From an uncultured Trueperaceae bacterium (GTDB lineage: Bacteria > Deinococcota > Deinococci > Deinococcales > Trueperaceae), in contig CAWFFU010000003.1 in NCBI GenBank assembly GCA_963815215.1, forward strand, positions 800,001 to 864,000: 64,000 bases of DNA, read 5' to 3'. The notes beneath the pieces were generated by a model. It ran no database searches. It saw nothing but the letters and a program-made list of their open reading frames with translations, and was not told the DNA's origin. Below are positions 48,098 to 58,145 of this stretch, piece after piece. The position numbers and the translations under genes were made by a program. The number at the start of each line of letters is the position of its first letter. Positions within the stretch are counted from its first letter, which is position 1.

Positions 48098-49924
48098 CTA
48101 TTCGGGTACGGCCGCCAGCACGCGCGTCCCGCGGCCGGGTTCGCTGACGATCTCGAACCGGCCCCCGCGCGCCTGCACGCGCTCGCGCATCTGGCGCAGT
48201 CCCAGCCCTCCGGCGCTGGTGACGCGATCACCCACCTGCACCGGATCGAATCCCCGGCCGTCGTCTTCCACGCTGATGAAGGCCATGCGTCCGCCGTCGG
48301 CTCCCACCCGGACGCCGACGGTGCGTGCCGCGGCATGCTTGGCGACGTTGTTCATGGCCTCCTGGAAGATCCGGAACAGCACTGCCTCCGACTTGATGCC
48401 GAGCTCCGGCAGCTCGCCGAGCTCGAGTCGCACGTGAACGTCGTTCTGCTGACCGAAGTCGATGGCGTAGCGCCGTACCGTCTCCACGAAGCCGTGACGC
48501 TCGAGGTCGATCGGTCGGAGCGCGAAGATGCTGCGCCGCACCTCCTTGATGGTCTCGCGCACGGTGTCCTTGGCGGCGTCGAGCTCGATGGTCGCCTTGG
48601 CCACGTCGCGCGTCAACAGGCGCGCCACCAGATCGAGCTTGAGGGCAGCGAAGGCGAGCGACTGCGCCACTCCGTCGTGGATCTCGCGGGCGATGCGGGC
48701 GCGTTCCTCTGCGATCGCCAGCTCCTCGGAGTGCAGGTAGGCGTTGGCGTTGCGGACCGCCAGACTCACCTGGTTGGCCAGCAGCCCCAGGAGCGGCAGG
48801 TTGGCGGCGTCGAAGTGGTCGGGGTCGGAGTGGGTGAGCACCACCACGCCGAGCAGGCCCTCCTCGGCGTAGACCGGCGTGGTCACGGCGCTGCCCGCTC
48901 GCGCGAGCAGCGGACCGCCGTCGGCCCGGTCGGCGATCGAGAGGCGGCTGACGATGCTGGGTTCGCGCGACTGGGCGCTGCGACCCACGAGACCCTCGCC
49001 CAGGCGCACCGGCACCTTGCCCGCCTCCTGAGGCGCACCCTCAGCCGAGCGCAGTTTCAACAAGTTGCCATCGTCGAACAGGTAGACGCCGCCCGTGAGC
49101 GCCTCTACCCGCGACATCATCTGGGCCAGGAGCGTGTGCAGCAAGCGCTCCAGGTTCCCCTCCGCGCGGATCGAGCGGTCGACGTCGAACAACGTCATCA
49201 GATCGCGGGCACGGCTCCGTGTGGCTTCGGCGGCCGCCGAGAACTCGGAGGCGAGGATGGAGAAGGCTTCACGCTGCCGGTCGTCCGGGTCGTCAGCGTA
49301 GTAGGCGTGCAGCGAGCCCTCCAGCTTGCCCCCCCAGGTCAGCGGCACGGTGAGCACCCAGCCGTCCCGGTCGCCGATGCGGCTCCGTTCACCGATTGGC
49401 TGTAGCGCCCGGAGCGCGCGATCGCGCTCCAGGGCATCGCGTTCGCGCTCCGGAGTCAGCCCCACACCGCTGGTGACGCCCAGCTCCGTGGGGCCGACCA
49501 GCACCGCCACCGCCACCGCCCCGGTGACGTCGCGGATGCCACGGGAAGCGGCCGACAGCGCCGCCTCCAGGTCGGTCGCCGCGGCGAACTGCTCGGTGAC
49601 CTGCTGGATGGCGGTGAGCAGCTCGTGGCTGCTCCGCAACTGGTCGAACAGGCGCGCCAGCTCCTCCTGCGCCTGCTCGCGCAGGCGCACCTCGGTGGCG
49701 ATCCAGTTGAGGGTCACGAAGGTGGCCAGCGGCCCCAGGATGCTGTAGAACAGCAGCTGCGCCCAGAACTGGTAGCGCTCGCCTCCCAGCGGCACCACGA
49801 CCAGCTGGTGGAGCAGCACCACCCCGACGATGGTCAGCGGGAGCCACAGGCGCGCCAGCCGGACCTGGTCGTAGAGGCTGCCAGGGTGCTCACTGCGCGG
49901 CGCGTGATCTGCGCCGCGGATCAC
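48098..49924 (-). CDS. Membrane sensor histidine kinase with GAF domains (HisKA_3, NarQ/DevS type)
   Basis: Two TM helices, two GAF-like regions, ERARIAREIHDGVAQ, QEAMNNVAKHA, DDGRGF, GLGLRQMRER; GTG overlaps the upstream stop. Confidence 0.9.
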   Translation of the reverse strand: MIRGADHAPRSEHPGSLYDQVRLARLWLPLTIVGVVLLHQLVVVPLGGERYQFWAQLLFYSILGPLATFVTLNWIATEVRLREQAQEELARLFDQLRSSHELLTAIQQVTEQFAAATDLEAALSAASRGIRDVTGAVAVAVLVGPTELGVTSGVGLTPERERDALERDRALRALQPIGERSRIGDRDGWVLTVPLTWGGKLEGSLHAYYADDPDDRQREAFSILASEFSAAAEATRSRARDLMTLFDVDRSIRAEGNLERLLHTLLAQMMSRVEALTGGVYLFDDGNLLKLRSAEGAPQEAGKVPVRLGEGLVGRSAQSREPSIVSRLSIADRADGGPLLARAGSAVTTPVYAEEGLLGVVVLTHSDPDHFDAANLPLLGLLANQVSLAVRNANAYLHSEELAIAEERARIAREIHDGVAQSLAFAALKLDLVARLLTRDVAKATIELDAAKDTVRETIKEVRRSIFALRPIDLERHGFVETVRRYAIDFGQQNDVHVRLELGELPELGIKSEAVLFRIFQEAMNNVAKHAAARTVGVRVGADGGRMAFISVEDDGRGFDPVQVGDRVTSAGGLGLRQMRERVQARGGRFEIVSEPGRGTRVLAAVPE

Positions 49925-50202
49925 ACCTCCTCCTCGACGTCCCTCCGCTTCCTGCTCGGCCGGAACTCGCTCATCAGGATCGGGTAGACCAGCAGGTAGG
50001 CGCCGAACACCAGCAGCATCTGCACCCAGAACTTCCCGAGGCCCGGTACGCCAAGGCTGTTGAGGACCATCACCACGACCGTCAGCAGGATGGCGAACAC
50101 CAGGGACTTGAGCAACAACCGCACCATCTTGCCGGCCGTGATCTTGCGGGCCTCCTCGACGCTGCGACGCTCGGCCTTGCGCCGTTGATTCTTCTTGGAC
50201 AT
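49921..50202 (-). CDS. Small two-TM membrane protein with a basic N terminus
   Basis: MSKKNQRRK..., two hydrophobic helices; ATG 5 nt after TACAAT. Confidence 0.75.
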   Translation of the reverse strand: MSKKNQRRKAERRSVEEARKITAGKMVRLLLKSLVFAILLTVVVMVLNSLGVPGLGKFWVQMLLVFGAYLLVYPILMSEFRPSRKRRDVEEEV

Positions 50203-50302
50203 GCCACATTGTAGGACGGCCGTCGTTCCCCGGTCGCCTGGCGCCGCGCTCGGGCCTGCCGACCCTTGCGCGGCAACGCCGCAGCCAGCGACACTGGCGC
50301 TC

Positions 50303-50845
50303 GTGAGGCCACCATTCCTATCCCATCTCCAGGAGGCGTTCGAAGGGGCGAACGGTCGACCGCTGGCGCAGGCGGCCAGCGTCTCCCCCGCGGGGATGCC
50401 CGAGGTGCGCACCGTGGTGCTGCGCCACCTCGCTCCGGACGGCTCTGCAACGTTCGCCAGCGATGCTCGGAGCGCCAAGATGGCGGCGCTCGCAGCGGGC
50501 GGCTGGCTCGAGCTCTGTCTGTGGCGCCCCGACGTCGGGCTGCAGCTGCGCCTATTGGGGCGCGCCCAGGTGCATCGCCTCGACGACCACGCGGTTGCCG
50601 TGTGGTCCGCCCTCCCGCTCGACACCAGGGAGCTTTTCGCGTCGCCGGAACCCGGGAGCCCGCTGCGCGGCGCCCCGGCGACCGAGGTGCCGGTGCCCGA
50701 ACTTGGGGACCGGCCGCCGATCACCTTCGCGGCCGTGCGCCTGACGCCGGAACGCTGCGATCGGCTGGAGCTGGGCCCGCCGCTGCGCCGCCGTATCTGG
50801 ACGCTCGACGAGGGGAGCTGGCGGTCGGAGGACGTTGTGCCCTGA
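50303..50845 (+). CDS. Pyridoxamine 5'-phosphate oxidase-like FMN-binding protein
   Basis: PEVRTVVLR, SDARSAK, QLRLLG, DRLEL; start uncertain. Confidence 0.8.
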   Translation: MRPPFLSHLQEAFEGANGRPLAQAASVSPAGMPEVRTVVLRHLAPDGSATFASDARSAKMAALAAGGWLELCLWRPDVGLQLRLLGRAQVHRLDDHAVAVWSALPLDTRELFASPEPGSPLRGAPATEVPVPELGDRPPITFAAVRLTPERCDRLELGPPLRRRIWTLDEGSWRSEDVVP

Positions 50846-50981
50846 CCGCGGCGCGGCGTCCGGCCGGCGCGGCGGGGGCGCTCCCGCCCTGCCATACTGG
50901 AGCCGTGAACCCGCCCTGCCGACAGCACCCTCTCGAAGGGCGTCGCGCGCGCCGAAGCGGAGGACCGCGCGAGTTCGTCGC

Positions 50982-52043
50982 ATGGCCGTGGACGTCCGGA
51001 CGATGAAGCCGGCGCCCGGCCGGCGCAGCGACGAGGGGTGGCGTTTCCTGGTGCGGGTCCGCTACCCGCTGGTGCTGTTCGCTACCGTCGTACTCCTGGG
51101 CACGGTCGCCTTCAAGCTGACGTGGTTGCCCTTCGGCGCGTCCTGGATGGACGCGCTGTACATGACGTTCATCACCGTGACGACCGTGGGGTACGCCGAG
51201 CTCTACCCGCTCGGTACCGCCGGGCGGGCGGTGGCGATCGTGGTGGCGGTGGCCGGCATCGGCAGCCTCTTCTACCTGCTGGCGGCTGTGATGGAGTTCC
51301 TGGTGGCGCAGCAGGTGCGCGACCCGCTGGGGAGGAGAACCATGAGACAACGCATCGCGGCGATGAGCGCTCACGTGGTGGTGGTCGGCTACGGCCGCAT
51401 GGGTCGGCGCTCGGCCGAGGAACTGGCGCACGAGCACGTTCCGTACGTCGTCGTCGACTCCGACCCCGCCGTGGGAAGCGTCCTTCAGGACGCGGGCGTG
51501 CCCTTCGTCATCGGTGACGGCGACGAGGAGGAGGTGCTCCTCGAGGCCGGACTGGCGCGCGCTCGCGGCGTGGTGGTCGCCACCAACAGCGACGCCACCA
51601 ACGCCTTCGTCGTGATGACGGCTCGCTCGCTCAACGCCGACCTGACCATCGTGGCTCGCGCCGATGACGCCGCCGCCGTCCGCAAGCTCGAGCGGGCGGG
51701 CGCCGATCGCGCCATCGACCTCTACACGCTGGGCGGACGACGCCTCGCCAATACGGTGGTGCGTCCCGCCACGGTCGACTTCCTGCATGGCACACTGCGC
51801 GAGCGCCGCGGCGAGCTCGCCATCGAGGAGGAGCCGGTGGCCGAGGGCAGCGAGCTCGCCGGCCGCACGCTGCGTCAGCTCGACTTGCGGCAGCGCACCG
51901 GGGCCAGCGTTCTGGCCGTGTTCCGGGGCAACGAGACGCATCCGAACCCGGAGTCGGAGTTCGTCCTCGAAACCGGCGACCGGCTCCTGGTGATGGCGAC
52001 CGTGGAGCAGATCAGCGCCCTGCGGAAGCTGTCCCGCCCCTGA
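50982..52043 (+). CDS. Potassium channel protein with TrkA-N/TrkA-C (RCK) domains
   Basis: TVTTVGY filter, VVGYGRMG, LRQRTGASVLAV; alternative start at 51003. Confidence 0.9.
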   Translation: MAVDVRTMKPAPGRRSDEGWRFLVRVRYPLVLFATVVLLGTVAFKLTWLPFGASWMDALYMTFITVTTVGYAELYPLGTAGRAVAIVVAVAGIGSLFYLLAAVMEFLVAQQVRDPLGRRTMRQRIAAMSAHVVVVGYGRMGRRSAEELAHEHVPYVVVDSDPAVGSVLQDAGVPFVIGDGDEEEVLLEAGLARARGVVVATNSDATNAFVVMTARSLNADLTIVARADDAAAVRKLERAGADRAIDLYTLGGRRLANTVVRPATVDFLHGTLRERRGELAIEEEPVAEGSELAGRTLRQLDLRQRTGASVLAVFRGNETHPNPESEFVLETGDRLLVMATVEQISALRKLSRP

Positions 52044-52116
52044 CGGCGGGCGCCCGACGCTCGGCGCTGTCCCGTCCGATGGCGCGCCGGCCGCCGCGGT
52101 TGGGTACACTCGCGCC

Positions 52117-53475
52117 ATGACGCTTGGATCCGATGCCGGTCGCGACACCGGCCCGCACGACAACGCAGCCGACGACGCCGCCCCGGGAGAGCGGGCACCG
52201 CTCGCCACCGGCGAGGCCACGGACAGTGGCGCCGCCGAGGATGGGAACGGCCCCGCCGAGCTGGCCGCCATCGTCGGCGATCAGCCCTTCGTGGAGGTGG
52301 ACGCCCACGGCGTGCGCTTCACGCTGCTGGGGACCGCCCACGTATCCCGGTCGAGCGCGGATGTGGTGGCGAGGCTGACCCGAAGCGGGCACTTCGACGC
52401 CGTGGCCATCGAGCTCGATGCGGGCCGTTTCGCGGCGTTGACCGATGCCGATCGCTGGGCCAAGATGGACCTCTTCCGGGTCTTCCGTGAAGGCAAGGCG
52501 GGGATGGTGGCGGCCAACCTGGCGCTCGGTGCGTTCCAGCAGCGGCTCGCCGATCAGCTCGGCATCGAGCCCGGCGCCGAGATGAAGGCCGCCATCGAGG
52601 GCGCGCGCGAGGCCGGACTGCCGCTCCAGCTAGTGGACCGCGACATCGGCGTGACGCTGCGCCGGGTCTATGCCAACGTTCCCTGGTGGCAACGGTTGAC
52701 GATCCTGGCAGGACTGGCGGCCAGCGTGCTGAGTCGCGAGGAGATCAGCGAGGAGGAGATCGAGCGCCTCAAGGAGGGCGATATGCTCGAGGCGACCTTC
52801 ACCGAGTTCGCCGAGCGCAGCGAGCGTCTCTACCTGCCACTCATCGCCGAGCGCGACCGCTACATCGCTGCGCGGCTCGAGCAGGAAGCCGCCGGCCTCG
52901 CCGGAGCCGAGACGCGCGCGAACGTGCTGGTCGTGCTGGGAGCGGGGCACCTCCAGGGCGTGGCGGAGACCTTGCGCCAGCCGCAGGATCCGGGCCCGGC
53001 CGAGCGCATCGCGGCGCTGTCTCAGGTGCCTCGCGGACGCCGTTGGGGGAAGATCGTTCCCTGGCTCATCGTGGCCGTGGTGATGGTCGGGTTCGTGCTC
53101 GGTTTCGCGCGGAGCCCGGCGTTGGGGCTCTCACTGCTGGCAGACTGGGTGGTCATCAACGGGGGCCTCGCCGCTATCGGCGCCCTCATCGCGCTGGCGC
53201 ACCCGATCACCATCCTGGTGACGGCGCTGGCGGCTCCCCTCACCTCGCTCAACCCGCTGGTGGGGGCCGGCTTCGTCGCGGCCGGCGTCGAGCTGTGGCT
53301 GCGCAGGCCCAACGTCGGCGACTTCTCGACGCTACGCCAGGACGTCACCAGCGTCCGTGGTTGGTGGCGCAACCGGGTCGCGAGAACGTTCCTGGTGTTC
53401 CTCCTGGCCACGCTCGGCTCGGCGATCGGCACCTACCTGGCCGGCTTCCGCATCTTCGGTCGCCTGCTCGGCTGA
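52117..53475 (+). CDS. TraB/GumN (pheromone-shutdown TraB) family protein
   Basis: LLGTAHVS, IELD, PGAEM, DRDIGVTLRR, ERDRYI, GAGHLQG, C-terminal TM helices. Confidence 0.9.
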   Translation: MTLGSDAGRDTGPHDNAADDAAPGERAPLATGEATDSGAAEDGNGPAELAAIVGDQPFVEVDAHGVRFTLLGTAHVSRSSADVVARLTRSGHFDAVAIELDAGRFAALTDADRWAKMDLFRVFREGKAGMVAANLALGAFQQRLADQLGIEPGAEMKAAIEGAREAGLPLQLVDRDIGVTLRRVYANVPWWQRLTILAGLAASVLSREEISEEEIERLKEGDMLEATFTEFAERSERLYLPLIAERDRYIAARLEQEAAGLAGAETRANVLVVLGAGHLQGVAETLRQPQDPGPAERIAALSQVPRGRRWGKIVPWLIVAVVMVGFVLGFARSPALGLSLLADWVVINGGLAAIGALIALAHPITILVTALAAPLTSLNPLVGAGFVAAGVELWLRRPNVGDFSTLRQDVTSVRGWWRNRVARTFLVFLLATLGSAIGTYLAGFRIFGRLLG

Positions 53476-53506
53476 GCGACCGCCACGCTACCTACCATCG
53501 ACCTTC

Positions 53507-53552
53507 TGCGTGAACGGGCGGCTCCCCACAGGGGGACCCGCCCGTTCACGCA
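53507..53552. terminator. 15-bp inverted repeat between convergent genes
   Basis: TGCGTGAACGGGCGG...CCGCCCGTTCACGCA. Confidence 0.65.
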
Positions 53553-53564
53553 ACCGCCCAGCTG

Positions 53565-55862
53565 CTACTGGGAGGTCGGCTTGGGCTCGGCCGGCGTCCC
53601 GTCGAGCACCCACTGCGCGTAGGCATCGACGAAGGTGAAGCTGGTGTTCCGGGCGCCCGACGCGAGCAGGTAGTGGAGGAAGTCGGCCACATCCTGCGTC
53701 GTGCTCCGCTGGAAGACCTGGGAACCCGACAGCCCCTCGAACCGTCCCGTGGTCGCCTTGGGGAGGGCCTGCTCGGCCTCGTTGGCCGTGGCCCTCAGCT
53801 CCTGCACGAGGATGCCCGAGAGCGCGCCGGGATGCTGGAGATCACCCCCGCCGTAGAGCTTGGCACCGGTATCGAGCGAGGTCATGTCGATGCCACGTCC
53901 GAGGAGCTGGCGCAGCGCCTCCGGCGCACCAGCCACCTCGAGCGTGGTCTGTACCGTCACGCTGCGGCCGTCGCTCGACCGCGCGGCGATCTCCAGGCGG
54001 AAGCTGCCGGGGCTGAGATCGGCGGGCAGCGTCAAGGCCTGGTCATCGACCACGAACCCGACGGCGTTGCTGGGGACGGTGAGCTGTTCCGTGGCTGTGG
54101 CCAGCGCGGCACCATCGCCACCGAGCAGGCGGTAGCTCACGCTCACCTGCCTGGGCAGGGCATCACCGGGCGTGCTGAGCTCGAAGCTCGGGTAGACCGC
54201 GTCACCCGGGTGGTAGGGCGCAGCGTCGGGACCGCGTTGCCCGAGCGTGAGCTTCACCGCGCCGTTCAGCTCCATGGGCGGCGGCGGAGCGCTCAACACC
54301 TTGACGCGGTGTTCGGCCTCGCTCCGGAGCGGCGCGCCCGCGGCGGTGGCGTCGAGATAGGCCTGGTAGGAGTCCCGCGCTTTCGACCGCTGGCCGTCGG
54401 CCTCGTACAACCGCGCCAGCGCGAAGTGCACGCCCGACCTATCGGGGAAGCGCGTGCGGGCACGTTCGAGGTCGTGGATCGCTTCCTGGTCCACCTTGGG
54501 GTCGACGCGCAGGGCGGCGCTGTAGTCCGACAAGCCGGCCTCCAGGTGGCCGGTCACGACCTTCACCAACCCCAGGTTGTACGCCGCGATCGACTGCCTC
54601 GCATCGAGGTCGAGTGCCTTCTGGGACGCCTGCTGGCTGCGGTCGAAGAACCCGAGGAGGTAGTACGACCACCCCAGGTTGGTCCAGTACAGGGCGTTGG
54701 AGGGAGCGAGCTCGACCGCTACCCGCAGGGCTTCCGCCGCGGCGAGCGGCTGGTCCTGGTCGAAGGCGATATAGGACAGGCGCTCGAAACTGTAGGTGAG
54801 GAAGGGCGCGGCGTGGCTGAGCGCCCGGAGCGCGCTCTTCTCGCGTTCGACCAGCTTCGCCTGCTGGGCCGCCACGGAAACGCCGAGCAGCGAGGCCGGG
54901 CCCGCCGCGCCGTTCGAGGCGCGGGTCAGCACCGCGTCGATGTCGGCCGACACTCCGTCGATGCCGCGATCGTTACGGTACGCCGCACGCGCAGCCAGGC
55001 CGAACGGGTAGCTCTGTGCGGCGCGGTCGAAGGCCGCCGTCGCGCCCTGTTTGTCGTTGACGCTGCTGTCGAGCGCACCGATCCACACTTGCGCCACCGG
55101 CAGACCGGTAGCATCGAGAGCCTTCTGGAACAGCGCCACGCTGCGCGTCGCGACGAGCTGAGACAGGCTGAGTGAGATCACCGCCATGCGGAGCGGGTCC
55201 TTGCCTTCACCGCTGCCGAGCACGGCGTCGAGATCGTCGGCCAGACGCTGCGCCCGGGCCGACAGCTCCCCCTGCTGCGCCAGTTGCGACAACAGGTTGC
55301 CGGCGTCCTGCGGCAGGCCGGCGGACACCAGGGCGAGGGCCCGCACGTACTGGCCGTACGCGCCCGACAGATCGAGGGTCGTGTCGACCTTGGGGACGCC
55401 GAGGCCCAGTGTCGATGCCACCGAGCCGGCGGCCTCCCGCGCCAGCAGGCCGGGCGCATCCTTGGGCGCATCGAGGGTGACGCGCCGCAGCCCCGATCCC
55501 GAGGCGATCTCGAGCGACAGCCGGTAGCCCTGGTCGGTGATGGCGATGTTGCCTGTGACGGCGACGTCGGCGCCTGTCGCACCACGGATCAGACTCGCGC
55601 CGCTGGGACCGGTCATGGCGCCGGAGCCCACCAGCGTGACCAGATTGATGAAGCCGCCCTGCGCGACGAGCGGGGGCACGAGCCCGGGCGCTATCTCGGG
55701 ACCGACCACCGTAGCTCGACCGTCGAACGCCGCGGCCACGCGATCGGCCACCGCAACGCCCAGCAACGTGTCCTGGCTGTCGAAGGGGTACACCACCACG
55801 CTCGACGCCAGCGCGCCGGCGCTCAGAAGCAGGGTCGAGAGGACGAGCAACCACCTGCGCAT
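53565..55862 (-). CDS. Exported TPR-repeat protein
   Basis: Signal peptide (ALA-S), TPR motifs (YWTNLGWSYY, AYNLGLV, VHFALARLY), C-terminal beta-rich domain. Confidence 0.8.
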   Translation of the reverse strand: MRRWLLVLSTLLLSAGALASSVVVYPFDSQDTLLGVAVADRVAAAFDGRATVVGPEIAPGLVPPLVAQGGFINLVTLVGSGAMTGPSGASLIRGATGADVAVTGNIAITDQGYRLSLEIASGSGLRRVTLDAPKDAPGLLAREAAGSVASTLGLGVPKVDTTLDLSGAYGQYVRALALVSAGLPQDAGNLLSQLAQQGELSARAQRLADDLDAVLGSGEGKDPLRMAVISLSLSQLVATRSVALFQKALDATGLPVAQVWIGALDSSVNDKQGATAAFDRAAQSYPFGLAARAAYRNDRGIDGVSADIDAVLTRASNGAAGPASLLGVSVAAQQAKLVEREKSALRALSHAAPFLTYSFERLSYIAFDQDQPLAAAEALRVAVELAPSNALYWTNLGWSYYLLGFFDRSQQASQKALDLDARQSIAAYNLGLVKVVTGHLEAGLSDYSAALRVDPKVDQEAIHDLERARTRFPDRSGVHFALARLYEADGQRSKARDSYQAYLDATAAGAPLRSEAEHRVKVLSAPPPPMELNGAVKLTLGQRGPDAAPYHPGDAVYPSFELSTPGDALPRQVSVSYRLLGGDGAALATATEQLTVPSNAVGFVVDDQALTLPADLSPGSFRLEIAARSSDGRSVTVQTTLEVAGAPEALRQLLGRGIDMTSLDTGAKLYGGGDLQHPGALSGILVQELRATANEAEQALPKATTGRFEGLSGSQVFQRSTTQDVADFLHYLLASGARNTSFTFVDAYAQWVLDGTPAEPKPTSQ

Positions 55863-55958
55863 GCGGGCCTCCTATGGGCGCTCAGGCTAGCACGCGTGCC
55901 CACGGCAACGTGGCGTCCCAGCGTCCATCCACCGGGCGCGCGCCGGACCTCGGCAGCG

Positions 55959-56417
55959 TCACTCCAGGAGGGCTTCGAACTCCTCGAGCAGGTGGACAGC
56001 GCGCTCTTCGCTGCGGGCGATCACCAGGATGGTGTTCTGTCCGGCGAGCGTCCCGACGATCTCATCGCGGTCGAGTTTGTCGAGGACGAAGGCGATCCCC
56101 GACGCGTGGCCCTCGTCGGTCCTGATGACCAGGATGTTCGCGCCCCGGTCCAGATCGCGCACGAACAGCCGGAAGCGCTGACTGAGCTCGCCCACCACGT
56201 CCTCCTGGGCGGTAAGCGGCGTCGACCGGTAGCGGTGCTGGCCGTTGCCTGCGGGCAGGCGAACCAGCCTCAGTTCGTTGACGTCACGACTGATGGTGGC
56301 CTGCGTGACCTTGATGCCTCGCTTCGCCAGGTGCTCGGCGATCTCGGCCTGCGTCGAGATGAACTCGTTCTCGACCAGCTCCGCGATGAGGCGTTGTCTG
56401 TACTCTTTACTCGGCAT
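55959..56417 (-). CDS. argR: Arginine repressor
   Basis: TQAEI, VTQATISRD, LVIRT, VGTLAGQNTILVI. Confidence 0.95.
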   Translation of the reverse strand: MPSKEYRQRLIAELVENEFISTQAEIAEHLAKRGIKVTQATISRDVNELRLVRLPAGNGQHRYRSTPLTAQEDVVGELSQRFRLFVRDLDRGANILVIRTDEGHASGIAFVLDKLDRDEIVGTLAGQNTILVIARSEERAVHLLEEFEALLE

Positions 56418-56431
56418 ATTTATTCAGTATA
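56411..56431 (-). promoter_or_regulatory. ARG-box-like operator overlapping the argR -10 box and start codon
   Basis: TATACTGAATAAATATGCCGA, an AT-rich island in GC-rich DNA. Confidence 0.7.
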
Positions 56432-56459
56432 CCTGTTACCGAGCCACGCCGCGCGTCTC

Positions 56460-57692
56460 CTACTCCACGCGCTCGGCGAGCCGTGCGGCCGCACGATCGA
56501 GGATCGCGTCGGCCAGGTCGCGTTTCGACATCCGCGGCCACGCCTCCGACGAGCCGTCCGGGCGCACCAGGATGACCTCGTTCTCGGCAGCACCGAACCC
56601 GACACCGGGGCGCGCAGGGTAGTTCAGCACGATGAACGCGAGCCCCTTGTCACGCGCCTTGCGGGCCGCCCGTTCCACGCCCTCGTGCGTCTCCATCGCG
56701 AAGCCGACGACGATCTGACGCCGCCGCCGCGTCGCCAGTGTCGCCAGGATGTCGGGCGTGCGCACCAGCCGCAGCGAACGGTCCCCTTCCGTCTTGGGCT
56801 CCTTGCGCTCCGAGCGGTCCGCCGGGCGCCAGTCGCCGACCGCGGCGCTCATCACCAGCAGGTCGCTATCGTCGAAGCGTTCGGCCAGCGCAGCCAGCAT
56901 CCCGTCGGCGTCCTCGACGCGCACGACGTGCACGCCCGGCGGATCGGGGAGGGCGGAAGGCCCGCTCACCAGCGTGACGGCAGCGCCGCGGGCCCGCGCG
57001 GCCTCCGCCAGCGCGAACCCCGTTCTCCCGCTCGACGGGTTGCTGATGAAACGCACCGGGTCGAGGTACTCGCGGGTCGGTCCGGCCGACACCAGCACCC
57101 GAACGTCGCGCAGGTCACGATCGAAGGGGATCCCCAGCGCCGCGGACACGATCGCGTCCGGCTCGGCCATGCGCCCCACTCCCTCGCCCTCCTCGGCGCT
57201 CGCCAACGGTCCCTGCACCGGCCCGACGAAATCGTGGCCCAACCGGGCCAGCGTCTCCACGTTGTGCTGCACCCGTGCATGGCCCCACATCGACGGGTTC
57301 ATGGCGGGCGCCCAGAGCACCCGCGGCACGCCGGCGACGATCAGCGCCGAGATCACGTCGTGGGCCCTACCCGCTGCGGCGTTCGCCAGCGCATCGGCCG
57401 TCGCCGGAGCGACGATCAAGCCGTCGGCCCAGCGCGACCACTCGAGGTGCCGAACCTGTCCGTCCGCGGCGAACCAACGTTCCCGGTCGAAGACCTCACT
57501 ACCCGACGCGACCGCGAGCGAAAGAGGCGTCACGAACGCGTAGGCATCGGGCGTCGCCGCCGCCCGGACCTCGCACCCCGCCTGCCGGAGTCGCCGCACG
57601 AGCGTGGGCGTCTTGATCGCCGCCACGCCACCGCTCGCAGCGACGATGAGACGGGGTCTACTCCTCGTCGGCCGGCTCGGGTCGGGCAACAC
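56460..57692 (-). CDS. coaBC: Phosphopantothenoylcysteine decarboxylase/ligase
   Basis: SGGVAAIK, APATAD, PAMNPSM, SAGPTREYLDPVRFISNPSSG, AAVGD, GFAMET. Confidence 0.95.
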   Translation of the reverse strand: MLPDPSRPTRSRPRLIVAASGGVAAIKTPTLVRRLRQAGCEVRAAATPDAYAFVTPLSLAVASGSEVFDRERWFAADGQVRHLEWSRWADGLIVAPATADALANAAAGRAHDVISALIVAGVPRVLWAPAMNPSMWGHARVQHNVETLARLGHDFVGPVQGPLASAEEGEGVGRMAEPDAIVSAALGIPFDRDLRDVRVLVSAGPTREYLDPVRFISNPSSGRTGFALAEAARARGAAVTLVSGPSALPDPPGVHVVRVEDADGMLAALAERFDDSDLLVMSAAVGDWRPADRSERKEPKTEGDRSLRLVRTPDILATLATRRRRQIVVGFAMETHEGVERAARKARDKGLAFIVLNYPARPGVGFGAAENEVILVRPDGSSEAWPRMSKRDLADAILDRAAARLAERVE

Positions 57693-57957
57693 CGAAGCTC
57701 GGTTCCTCCGGGCGCCGCTCCACCAGCCTCCGCAGATCGTCGGCGCTGGGAAGCTCATCGCCCCACAAGATGTCGTGGGTCGTCTCGAGCTCCTTCATGG
57801 CGATGCTCACGGTGTTGCTGGTGCGCGGCGCGGCATCGCTGTCGAGCGTCGTCGGGATGCCGGCCTTGAGCTGCGCGGCACGGCGCGCCACGATCATCGA
57901 CAGCCGGTATCGCGAATCCGTCAACGCCATCAGGGTGTCGTAGCCTTCCTGGGCCAC
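57658..57957 (-). CDS. rpoZ: RNA polymerase omega subunit
   Basis: DSRYRLSMIVARRAAQL; gmk-rpoZ-coaBC synteny. Confidence 0.93.
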   Translation of the reverse strand: MAQEGYDTLMALTDSRYRLSMIVARRAAQLKAGIPTTLDSDAAPRTSNTVSIAMKELETTHDILWGDELPSADDLRRLVERRPEEPSFGVARPEPADEE

Positions 57958-58145
57958 CGGAACCTCCTCCGCAGGCCGTAGCCCGCCGGCAACGCCCCGA
58001 AGGGCGCGCATCCTCGAGATCGGGCCGCCGATCCCCCTAGGGGGCGACCTCCGAACAGGTGATTCTACACGACGGTGGCGCTCCCCGGCGTGCGCTCCGG
58101 GGCTTCGGGCGGGCGGGCGAACACGAATCGGGCGCGAATCGGGCG

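Noticed and set aside
49870..49895. Possible frameshifted kinase start (GTG AGC ACC CTG)
   Set aside because: An in-frame GTG at 49924 with an RBS and stop-codon overlap explains the gene without an indel.
52117..53475. TraB as evidence of conjugation
   Set aside because: It is the TraB/GumN metalloprotein family; no type IV secretion or relaxase genes are present.
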